This document shows, in pieces, positions 7,112-14,758 of a stretch of DNA of 42,877 nucleotides. Below the pieces are notes generated by a model. The model ran no database searches and was not told where the DNA came from. It saw only the letters and a program-made list of their open reading frames with translations. A program made the translations under genes and the position numbers. Positions within the stretch are counted from its first letter, which is position 1. Each line of letters begins with the position of its first letter. Source of the DNA: a virus (lineage: Duplodnaviria > Caudoviricetes); the IMG/VR virus record IMGVR_UViG_3300027819_000023, positions 1 through 42,877 of that record, one strand, 5' to 3'.

Positions 7112-8693
7112 CCATGCATTGAATTACCTATCACAAGGCATCCCGCCAATACCAGCAAACCCAAAAACCAAAGCACCGCTTGTCAAGTGGACTGAGTATC
7201 AAACCCGATTACCCACAAAAGAAGAAGTCATTGCAATGTTTAAGCAATTCCCAAAATGTATGATCTCGGTTGTTACCGGAAAAGTATCAAATCTTGTCGT
7301 GATTGATGCTGATTCCCCTGAAGCTGTACAAAAGATAGAAGAACACTTACCAGACTCATACGAAACAGTAATTGATATATCCCCACGTGGAGGTCGGCAT
7401 TATTGGTTTCAGATGAACGGCGTGGAGTACCAAAGCAAATCGGGTATATTTGAGAAATGCGATATAAAATGCAATGGTGGTGTATTGTGTGTTCCGCCTT
7501 CTGTTAATGATACAGGAGGACAGTATCGGTTCCTGAATAGTTTAAATTTTGAACGTAGCATGTTGCATCCCATGCCTGAAAGTCTTTCTAAGTTCTTGCA
7601 GTCTTTAAGTAGTAGTATATATAATAAAACAAAAACGCAAGATGTGTGCCAAAACTTGAAATATTTCGAGGAAGGTACAAGGGATGATAATTTATTCACC
7701 GTAGCAAACGGATTGATTAAATCCGGAATCAATATTGTGCTTATTACCGAAGTGCTTAAAAGATTAATACTTAGTTGGGGTGAAAAGCCTGACGAAAAAT
7801 GGATTCAAGATAAAATTCAGAGCGCCCTAAGCCGGGTAGAACGCAAAGAAAGAAATTTATCTGCCGAAGTACATGATTGGGTACTGTCTACAAGTGGCGT
7901 CTTTTTGTCTACAGAACTCTACAACTGTCTACAGTTGTCTACAAGGGAGGACAAAAAGAATGTTTCAATCATACTAAAAAGATTATCAGAAGAGAATATT
8001 ATTGAACGTTCAGGGAACAAAAATGGATGCTTCAGAAAATTAGACATAAACGAGGAAGTAATTGACTATGTTAATGTTAAGACTACATGCCTAGATATTA
8101 AATTCCCATTTCAAATTGAAGATTATGTGCGGATAATGCCAAAAAATGTTATTGTCATTGCCGGGGAACCGGATGCAGGAAAAACCGCCTTCCTTTTGAA
8201 CCTGGTTAAAATGAATATGGATAAGAACGAGATATTCTACTTTTCAAGCGAAATGGGATCACTTGAGTTGCAAGACAGATTAAAGAATTTTGACCATCCG
8301 ATTAACGAATGGAGATTCAAACCGATTGAACGTTCAAATGACTTTGCTGATGTTATCCGTCCGGATGCCGTAAACATAATTGACTTTCTAGAAATTTCAG
8401 ACAATTTTTACCAAGTATCGGGATTGATAAAATCAATCTATGACAAGCTTGATAAAGGTATTGCCATTATAGCGTTACAGAAAAACAAGGGAACAGATTT
8501 TGGACTTGGTGGGATGCGATCACTTGAGAAACCACGGCTATATTTAAGCATGGAACCGGGAAAGCTTAAAATTATCAAAGCAAAGAATTGGGTGTCCGCC
8601 GATAAGAACCCAAACAAGTTATCAATTACGTATAAACTATACAAGGGCTGCCACTTTACACCAATTTCAGGGTGGTTAAAGCCAAATGATTAG
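7095..8693 (+). CDS. Bifunctional primase-polymerase (Prim-Pol) + PriCT + RecA/DnaB-like helicase
   Basis: VTG...LVVIDAD, SPRGGRHYWF, VPPS; EGTRDDNLF; Walker A GEPDAGKT; FSSEM; IIDFL. Confidence 0.9.
   Translation: MIGTLDHALNYLSQGIPPIPANPKTKAPLVKWTEYQTRLPTKEEVIAMFKQFPKCMISVVTGKVSNLVVIDADSPEAVQKIEEHLPDSYETVIDISPRGGRHYWFQMNGVEYQSKSGIFEKCDIKCNGGVLCVPPSVNDTGGQYRFLNSLNFERSMLHPMPESLSKFLQSLSSSIYNKTKTQDVCQNLKYFEEGTRDDNLFTVANGLIKSGINIVLITEVLKRLILSWGEKPDEKWIQDKIQSALSRVERKERNLSAEVHDWVLSTSGVFLSTELYNCLQLSTREDKKNVSIILKRLSEENIIERSGNKNGCFRKLDINEEVIDYVNVKTTCLDIKFPFQIEDYVRIMPKNVIVIAGEPDAGKTAFLLNLVKMNMDKNEIFYFSSEMGSLELQDRLKNFDHPINEWRFKPIERSNDFADVIRPDAVNIIDFLEISDNFYQVSGLIKSIYDKLDKGIAIIALQKNKGTDFGLGGMRSLEKPRLYLSMEPGKLKIIKAKNWVSADKNPNKLSITYKLYKGCHFTPISGWLKPND
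7885..7943 (+). repeat. Iteron-like TGTCTACA array (candidate replication origin)
   Basis: TGTCTACA at 7885, 7906, 7926 and 7936; variant ACTCTACA at 7916. Confidence 0.7.
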
Positions 8694-8724
8694 ACGGCTT
8701 AAATAATTTTTGGAGGACTGAAGC

Positions 8725-8871
8725 ATGATAAGTGGCGAAGAATTGATTAATTTATTAGTAGAGAGGTTGAAAATTAAAAATATACCTCCCTCTGATAATA
8801 ATATAATTATCGAGTTGAGATCATTAAACCCGCTTGAAATGTCTCGCTATGCCCATTTTCGTAAACATTAA
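8725..8871 (+). CDS. Hypothetical protein (48 aa)
   Basis: GGAGG RBS; MISGEELINLLVERLKIK... Confidence 0.5.
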   Translation: MISGEELINLLVERLKIKNIPPSDNNIIIELRSLNPLEMSRYAHFRKH

Positions 8872-8930
8872 TGATAGACATATACAAAAACAAGGTAAAA
8901 CTGCCGATAAGGAATTTAAGGGGGTGAACG

Positions 8931-9113
8931 ATGGGAAGCTATAAGGATATATATGATATAAACGTTACAGTGTGGTATGACAAGAAGGTTTATACTGTCT
9001 CTAGGCATTATGAATCTGGTAGTAATAATGGGTGTAACCACATAGAGAATATTCCGGGAACTGCCGAGTACATGGGGCAAGAAATATTGGAAAAAATCAA
9101 ATCAGCTACTTAA
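8931..9113 (+). CDS. Hypothetical protein
   Basis: 60-aa ORF with AAGGGGGTG RBS. Confidence 0.55.
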   Translation: MGSYKDIYDINVTVWYDKKVYTVSRHYESGSNNGCNHIENIPGTAEYMGQEILEKIKSAT

Positions 9114-9163
9114 TGAAATTATGGAAGTTGTTTGGAACTCCACTGAACAATACGAGTTAAACG

Positions 9164-9193
9164 CACCAGGAAGCCTAGTAAGCCCTCCTGGTG
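9164..9193. terminator. Hairpin between convergent operons
   Basis: CACCAGGA/TCCTGGTG inverted repeat. Confidence 0.45.
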
Positions 9194-9206
9194 AGTTTTG
9201 GCATGG

Positions 9207-9440
9207 TTATAGACATTGCGCAGCCTTAGCATCGTTTGAAAGTAGCTCGTCGCTCATTACTGCAAGCCGGTTTTTAAAATCAGCATAGGTTTCAGTAATA
9301 AAATCTAAGTCGACAAGTTTCGGCATGGATATAGTAATACCATGCCGGATCAAATGCCAGTTGTGCGGATCACCCTCCTCTAACTCCCAAGCATCCCCAG
9401 CGTAAACCACTATTAATCGTTCACCGTTAGGCTGTAGCAT
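9207..9440 (-). CDS. Hypothetical protein
   Basis: 77-aa ORF, AAGGGGA RBS. Confidence 0.55.
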   Translation of the reverse strand: MLQPNGERLIVVYAGDAWELEEGDPHNWHLIRHGITISMPKLVDLDFITETYADFKNRLAVMSDELLSNDAKAAQCL

Positions 9441-9562
9441 GTTTTTATCCCCTTTTACGTGTAAAGTGTATTAATTCAATCCGTTAGTGTCTCTTTTTGA
9501 TTTATTCCACTCTTCAAATTCTACATATTTGCATTTTGCGCATGGTTTCTCTTTTGTGCCCA

Positions 9563-9859
9563 TTATTCCCCTTCTTTCTTTTTGTATTTTCCTAAATCTG
9601 ATACTGCATTAACGCCTTCGGCAAGGCACTCTTTTATTAACGTACCATAACCATTGATTTCTTTTATTTTCTCTCTTGGCAAGCATTTTCTGACGGTAAT
9701 ATAGAGATAAGTGTTGTCGGTAAATCTAATACCTTCTGACATTAATTTGCTATAAGCCTTTGTGTCCTTTAGTTTTAGTACCATACGATGGCAAATTCTT
9801 ATTTGGCTGCTCGTATATCCTGACCATGTCCCCTCGATCACGTATCGTACTCTTTTCAT
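9563..9859 (-). CDS. Hypothetical protein
   Basis: 98-aa ORF coupled to the upstream gene. Confidence 0.65.
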   Translation of the reverse strand: MKRVRYVIEGTWSGYTSSQIRICHRMVLKLKDTKAYSKLMSEGIRFTDNTYLYITVRKCLPREKIKEINGYGTLIKECLAEGVNAVSDLGKYKKKEGE

Positions 9860-10041
9860 TTTGCGCCATCCTCCAGTCCGTCGATAATTTCCCGCTCGTA
9901 AGCGTTCAGGGTTTTAATGAGTTTTGTTGCTGCTATACATCGGCTTAACTTCTTTTCTGCCAACTCTTGGGTATAATTCGTCTTTGTAACGTCCTCAGCT
10001 CCAAGTTTTCCGATTATTGCAGGTATTAAATTTTTATTCAT
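9856..10041 (-). CDS. Hypothetical protein
   Basis: Start MNKNLIP in an ATGA overlap. Confidence 0.55.
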   Translation of the reverse strand: MNKNLIPAIIGKLGAEDVTKTNYTQELAEKKLSRCIAATKLIKTLNAYEREIIDGLEDGAK

Positions 10042-10238
10042 TTTCCTATGACCTCCAGATAACCTTCCTTTGTCCATTTGCCGGGATAAACTTTAACAGT
10101 TTTGTTTTCGGTTGTACGCTGTCCATTTTCGGCCATTTTCGCCTTTCCGCATTCTTCCCACACAGTCCACCAGCAAGCGCCGAGGATTGCAAATCCCATA
10201 ATTACTGACCACAGATACCATTGTTTTGCTTTAGTCAT
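10038..10238 (-). CDS. Small membrane protein
   Basis: N-terminal TM helix WYLWSVIMGFAILGACWW. Confidence 0.6.
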   Translation of the reverse strand: MTKAKQWYLWSVIMGFAILGACWWTVWEECGKAKMAENGQRTTENKTVKVYPGKWTKEGYLEVIGK

Positions 10239-10558
10239 TGGGTTTTAATCCTTTCTCTTCCTACCTCGTCAAGTAGTAAATATTTGAGGGCTTCCGCGGC
10301 ATCCCCCAGGGTAAATTTCTTATGAGTTTTGTTATCGGCTGCCACAAAATAAAGTATTGTCTTTCCTTCATCGTCTTGTACCACTTGTAGTTTATCTCCT
10401 GTTTTCATTGCCAGCCATTGCGTAGTATACATCGTTGTGTAAAAGCTAGCCGTATCCTTGCAATCCTGGCAGGCTATTTGATAGCCCTCGATACCGTTAA
10501 TACTGATAATTGTCTCATCTACATCTTGTGTGTGTCCACATATCCTTGTTACTTTCAT
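10235..10558 (-). CDS. Hypothetical protein with CGH...CxxC
   Basis: 107-aa ORF, AAAGG RBS. Confidence 0.65.
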   Translation of the reverse strand: MKVTRICGHTQDVDETIISINGIEGYQIACQDCKDTASFYTTMYTTQWLAMKTGDKLQVVQDDEGKTILYFVAADNKTHKKFTLGDAAEALKYLLLDEVGRERIKTQ

Positions 10559-10611
10559 TTTGTGCCTTTCTCCCCGTATATCTAAGCCGGTAGGACAGCT
10601 TGTTAAAAAGG

Positions 10612-10872
10612 TTAAACTGCTAACGATTCTACAAGAGCAAAATATTTACTTGATTTTGGTATTCTTATTTTATCCCTCATTACATAATCTGTCTGTATTT
10701 CTGTATCATTTTCAACTTGCAATTCCTTGTCCAGTCCTTCTGGTAGTCTATCGTAAGTTTTTATATAGATAGTAGCGTGTTCTCCGTCTTTAGCGTGTGC
10801 TGAATTGCTATACCAGCATGGGAAATATTTACCATCAACTTTTAAGCCTTTTTTTAATAATTTAATTTGCAT
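10612..10872 (-). CDS. Hypothetical protein
   Basis: 86-aa ORF, AAAGGA RBS; NDTEIQTDY motif. Confidence 0.65.
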   Translation of the reverse strand: MQIKLLKKGLKVDGKYFPCWYSNSAHAKDGEHATIYIKTYDRLPEGLDKELQVENDTEIQTDYVMRDKIRIPKSSKYFALVESLAV

Positions 10873-10928
10873 GTTTTTTTCCTTTCAAGTTTGTATCTCC
10901 CTCGATAGGAGGGAGAAGGGGTTAAAAG

Positions 10929-11129
10929 CTAAGATTTAAAATAAACAACTTCAAAATCGGTAGGGGTGGAAAAACATATTCCAGTTTTACCCCCTTTTAC
11001 TTTTACGGGTCTCTGCGATATTTTCTCGCCCGGATTACAGTATCCCATCGCCATTTCTTCCGCTTGTGCAATACTCCCCTCTATTTTTTCTACCGCTTTA
11101 CCCATTACTGTATCAAATAATATAATCAT
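10929..11129 (-). CDS. Hypothetical protein
   Basis: Start MIILFD after GAGGGGGA. Confidence 0.55.
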   Translation of the reverse strand: MIILFDTVMGKAVEKIEGSIAQAEEMAMGYCNPGEKISQRPVKVKGGKTGICFSTPTDFEVVYFKS

Positions 11130-11205
11130 CTCTTCCCCCTCTTCAGAGTTTTTACTTTTTGCGCATCGCACTTGCTTTGCACGTTAGGATATATAACAAT
11201 AATCG

Positions 11206-11503
11206 TACCATTCAGGATAAATTTATCAAATCGCCCGCTAAACCAGTAAATACGCCATAAGTATTTTTTCGACATATTAAATCGGTATAAATCAGCCACA
11301 CTAAAAGTGTTTCAAAGTGAAACAAGTATTGCCATAAGCATTTCATAGTTGCAATAATTACAATAAAATCAAGGCCTACAGGGTGTAACTTATTGATACA
11401 TGGCAAAACTGTATGAAATGGTTACGGTTCTATGTGTTACCGAAAATACATTTGTTGATATTAAAGGACTTATGATTTTAATTGATAATTTATCTGAACG
11501 GTA
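11206..11503. promoter_or_regulatory. Divergent control region bounded by inverted near-copies of a ~23-bp motif
   Basis: 11206-11229 TACCATTCAGGATAAATTTATCAA versus 11482-11503 TTGATAATTTATCTGAACGGTA. Confidence 0.5.
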
Positions 11504-11564
11504 TTGATATTGCAGTATAAAAAGATAGTTAATTTTGGTTAATCTTTTTGAAAAGGGGTGTGAA

Positions 11565-11759
11565 ATGGAAAGCGTCAAAGAAGTAGTAAAATGGGATAGT
11601 TCAGGGCAGTTTACAAGGATTGCAGTTGTTGAGTTACTAGGGTGGCGTAATTGCAAAGGCAATGCAACACCAACGGGGAAAAGGATTGCTAGAACTAATT
11701 GGGATAAGCTCACGCCAGCGGCCAGGAATGTATTGGTTAATCATGGGGTGGAAAAATGA
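11565..11759 (+). CDS. Hypothetical protein
   Basis: Start MESVKE after AAGGGGTG. Confidence 0.6.
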   Translation: MESVKEVVKWDSSGQFTRIAVVELLGWRNCKGNATPTGKRIARTNWDKLTPAARNVLVNHGVEK

Positions 11760-11959
11760 AAACAGTAAAACTTAATAACGGGTGGACGGTAATGGCAAAA
11801 GAAACGAAGTACGGAATGTGTGCTATCTCATATTCTAACCGGACTCAAGCATCTCGTAAAGCATTCATGCTTCGAGCAAGCGAAGGCCTTGACTGTGATG
11901 TTATGAACGGAGCGGGCAGACCGTTCTATATAAGGGTAAATTCTTTGGAAATCAAATAG
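11756..11959 (+). CDS. Hypothetical protein
   Basis: 67-aa ORF, ATGA overlap. Confidence 0.6.
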   Translation: MKTVKLNNGWTVMAKETKYGMCAISYSNRTQASRKAFMLRASEGLDCDVMNGAGRPFYIRVNSLEIK

Positions 11960-11973
11960 TAACAAAATTATCC

Positions 11974-12002
11974 TTGACAAACAAAAACAAATAGTGTAGC
12001 CT
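11974..12002 (+). promoter_or_regulatory. Sigma70-type promoter
   Basis: TTGACA-17 nt-TAGCCT. Confidence 0.5.
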
Positions 12003-12009
12003 ATAGGCA

Positions 12010-12142
12010 GCTTATCCGAAATGTGTTTATTGATTTATTAATAAACCATGTGAAGGCAACGCCCATGAGGGCTGCTAATTATAATAACAAACTACCTCTC
12101 GTAAGAATATGAACAAAATGACTAACCACGATAAGGATAAGC
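12010..12142 (+). ncRNA. Candidate small structured RNA (~135 nt)
   Basis: GCTTATCC/GGATAAGC closing stem starting at the predicted TSS; internal hairpins GTTTATTGA..TTAATAAAC and GCCC-ATGA-GGGC; no ORF in the track. Confidence 0.5.
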
Positions 12143-12238
12143 AGATTAAAACCGTACTAACATTCCTGCTGAAAAATTGTTGTGATCTTAAAATAGTTGA
12201 AATTTATCCCGGTTGTAATAGAGTAAAGGTTATTTACC

Positions 12239-12427
12239 ATGAGAACTACAATGCAAATCACGTACAAGTCTAAACCCATAACTTTTGGTATTAAATCCAA
12301 AGGCCTCGGCAATATTGAAAGAACCTTCCACAATCCCATAAGACAGGATGATGTTAAATTCCAAAATAAACACCCGGCCTGTAAGTCATGCAAAGGTTGT
12401 GGTCATGGAGAGTGCCCTATCAGATGA
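12239..12427 (+). CDS. Small protein with C-terminal Cys cluster
   Basis: CKSCKGCGHGEC; overlaps the next gene. Confidence 0.5.
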   Translation: MRTTMQITYKSKPITFGIKSKGLGNIERTFHNPIRQDDVKFQNKHPACKSCKGCGHGECPIR

Positions 12428-12600
12428 CCGAAATAGAATACATCAACTCTACCAACTTAGTAAAATGCAGAAATGCAATACTGATTATAAAAGATATCTG
12501 TGTTGATGATATCATAACAAATGCAAAACGCTTGATCTTACTTGACACGCTTTGCGGAATTGTAGATAAGCTGGAAAAACAAATCATAATAAAAACATGA
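12424..12600 (+). CDS. Hypothetical protein
   Basis: Start MTEIEY in an ATGA overlap. Confidence 0.55.
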   Translation: MTEIEYINSTNLVKCRNAILIIKDICVDDIITNAKRLILLDTLCGIVDKLEKQIIIKT

Positions 12601-13154
12601 CTACTGATACTGTTGATAAGCCCATTAAAAAACGGACTAAAAAACAGCAAGAATGGTATGATAAACTATCACGACAAAAAACAAAAGCCGATCCACACAA
12701 AATAGCGGAGCTACTTTCAAGCGGTAAAATTAATAAATCAGATGTTGCAAAACTCCTAAATGTAACTCCTCAAGCCATTTATAATTCAATAAGAGAAAAT
12801 AGAATTGATACTTCTGGTTTCGACATACCCTCTATAAAAGACAAGGAAATTGACGAACTTTATGTGCTCGGTAGTATTCTACGTAAGCGCATGTACGATA
12901 AGGTCGTGTCCGATGACAAGTTAGGACTAATTGAAATGTGTGCAGGTATAGATCGTACATTCCAGCAACGCCGGGAACTACAGGGCAAAGCGCATTCAAG
13001 CATCAATGTATTCACTCTTGTGCTTCAACGAGCAGACCAGCAGATAATTTCTACGTCTGCAACTACAATATCTAGTACACCTATTCCAGATAATCAACCT
13101 ATTGTACCTGATGCCGGCAACCATACCACAGGTTGTCAAGACAATGTAACGTAA
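12597..13154 (+). CDS. HTH protein, probable terminase small subunit
   Basis: HTH KSDVAKLLNVTPQAIYNSI, helical middle, low-complexity tail; upstream of TerL and followed by a G-run. Confidence 0.6.
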   Translation: MTTDTVDKPIKKRTKKQQEWYDKLSRQKTKADPHKIAELLSSGKINKSDVAKLLNVTPQAIYNSIRENRIDTSGFDIPSIKDKEIDELYVLGSILRKRMYDKVVSDDKLGLIEMCAGIDRTFQQRRELQGKAHSSINVFTLVLQRADQQIISTSATTISSTPIPDNQPIVPDAGNHTTGCQDNVT

Positions 13155-13246
13155 TAACTATTCTGAGACCTCACATAATAGACGTATACAATACCAAACC
13201 AAGGAAACAAGGTAGTGTCTATCGGTGGTTGATGTTTGCCGATACA

Positions 13247-13268
13247 GGGCAGGCCGGGTAGGGGGGGG
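13247..13268 (+). other. G-rich tract, candidate packaging-initiation region
   Basis: GGGCAGGCCGGGTAGGGGGGGG in an AT-rich genome, just after the TerS candidate. Confidence 0.45.
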
Positions 13269-13334
13269 ACACCGATAATTAATTTTAATCGTATCATACC
13301 TGAAAAATTTTTATGATTTCTAAAAGAGGTTTCA

Positions 13335-13472
13335 ATGTCAATCAGCAAGATAGAGATATTTTTGATTCTATTAGGAGTAATATTTTTTGGTACTATGGTA
13401 TGGTGGGCAATGACAACTGAAGGGTATTTGGCAATATTTATGTATGATTTATTTGAAAAGATATTTCAATAA
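13335..13472 (+). CDS. Small membrane protein (45 aa)
   Basis: GAGG RBS; MSISKIEIFLILLGVIFFGTMVWWAM... Confidence 0.55.
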   Translation: MSISKIEIFLILLGVIFFGTMVWWAMTTEGYLAIFMYDLFEKIFQ

Positions 13473-13486
13473 ATTTCAAAAGGCAG

Positions 13487-13515
13487 TTGACAATCACACA
13501 TAATTGTTATATACT
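13487..13515 (+). promoter_or_regulatory. Sigma70-type promoter
   Basis: TTGACA-17 nt-TATACT. Confidence 0.7.
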
Positions 13516-13524
13516 ATACACATA

Positions 13525-14013
13525 ATGAGTATTATAAAGTGTAAGATATGTGGTGTTGAGGTAGAAGTAAAGCCTTACGACATAAACAGGCGCACGTTAT
13601 GTGAGTCAGTAGAGTGCCATAAAGAGGATAGGCGCCTCGCAATGAAGGCATATAGACAGACTGAAGCAGGGAAGGCAATGACGAAGTTTCTTAATTTGAA
13701 GTATAAGGTGCCAGACATTGATAAGGTATGTCAGGTGTGCGGAGAGCAGTTTAAGACAGCGAGAAAGAATCGTTATATATGTTCTAAACCTGAGTGTCAG
13801 GCTAAGGGAAAGTATTTAAGGATTAAGAAATACAGAGCCAGTAATATAGAGAAGTCAAGAGCGAGGGATATAGTAAGCAAAAGAATAAACAGGGAATCCT
13901 CTATGAAGAGAGAGCCTTGTATTGCATGCATAGACAGCATCCCAGGAGAAGCCCATCATCATAATTATTCAAAGCCAAAAGATGTAATTTTTCTTTGTTG
14001 GGACAGTAATTAA
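13525..14013 (+). CDS. Zn-finger/HNH-type endonuclease, C-terminally degenerate
   Basis: Two CxxC..CxxxxC repeats; REPCIAC...EAHHHNYSKPKDVIFLC ends WDSN instead of CxxCH. Confidence 0.65.
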   Translation: MSIIKCKICGVEVEVKPYDINRRTLCESVECHKEDRRLAMKAYRQTEAGKAMTKFLNLKYKVPDIDKVCQVCGEQFKTARKNRYICSKPECQAKGKYLRIKKYRASNIEKSRARDIVSKRINRESSMKREPCIACIDSIPGEAHHHNYSKPKDVIFLCWDSN

Positions 14014-14023
14014 AAGAGGATTT

Positions 14024-14293
14024 ATGGATATAATAACAAGTTACATGGCAGCAATAGGACTTGGGCTTTCACTATTTTGTTATTTTGTTTTAATGACACA
14101 TAAACGAGATAGTGTTGTTTCCGGTGAAGAGACTGGAGTATATTGCCAAGTACACTGTAAAAGGTGTGCTAGGTTAATGATAAAAGACGATCAAGGATTT
14201 ATATCGTGTGCGAATAAGCTTTGCGAAAGACAGGGGATTCTATATTATCCACCTTCCATTAAGATATATCGAGTAGGCGAAAAAAACAATTAA
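14024..14293 (+). CDS. Membrane-anchored Zn-finger protein
   Basis: N-terminal TM; CKRC...CANKLC. Confidence 0.6.
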   Translation: MDIITSYMAAIGLGLSLFCYFVLMTHKRDSVVSGEETGVYCQVHCKRCARLMIKDDQGFISCANKLCERQGILYYPPSIKIYRVGEKNN

Positions 14294-14394
14294 ACTCAAG
14301 CAGTATAAGGCAGCCATTGGTTTATATTACCCTGGCCTATGACTGCCGAGTCTTTAAAGAAAGTAGCGAATAATGGGTGATAGAAGGAGAATTT

Positions 14395-14679
14395 ATGAGT
14401 ATAACTACATTTGAAGGCGCTAAGATTGACGATAAGCTATATTGTGGAATATTTCCGACAAGCAAGCGTGATGATAAGACAAATTGTTATGTATATCAAG
14501 TCAGATCTGGTGAAAAATTTCCATTACAGCTCAAGAACGAAAATGGGTGGCTTTTAGTATTTACAATCAAGGGACAGCTTTACCCAGGTGGAGGCCAAGT
14601 CGTTTTTTGGTCAAAGCCTGAATTTGTAATACCGGCAAAATTACAAAAGACAAATGAAAATCACGTGCCCAAACTGTAA
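14395..14679 (+). CDS. Hypothetical protein
   Basis: Start MSITTF after AAGGAG. Confidence 0.6.
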   Translation: MSITTFEGAKIDDKLYCGIFPTSKRDDKTNCYVYQVRSGEKFPLQLKNENGWLLVFTIKGQLYPGGGQVVFWSKPEFVIPAKLQKTNENHVPKL

Positions 14680-14758
14680 CACCTTAATGAAAATTGAGAC
14701 GGATAAGCATCCTTATAAATGCCCGTGCTGTGGGAAGATTATTTTATTGGATAGATAA
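14654..14758 (+). CDS. Tiny zinc-ribbon protein (34 aa)
   Basis: MKITCPNCNTLMKIETDKHPYKCPCCGKIILLDR; TAATG coupling to the protease. Confidence 0.55.
   Translation: MKITCPNCNTLMKIETDKHPYKCPCCGKIILLDR

Noticed and set aside
12025-12046. GTTT...AAAC palindrome resembling a CRISPR repeat
   Set aside because: Single 22-nt AT-rich hairpin; no array, spacers or cas genes
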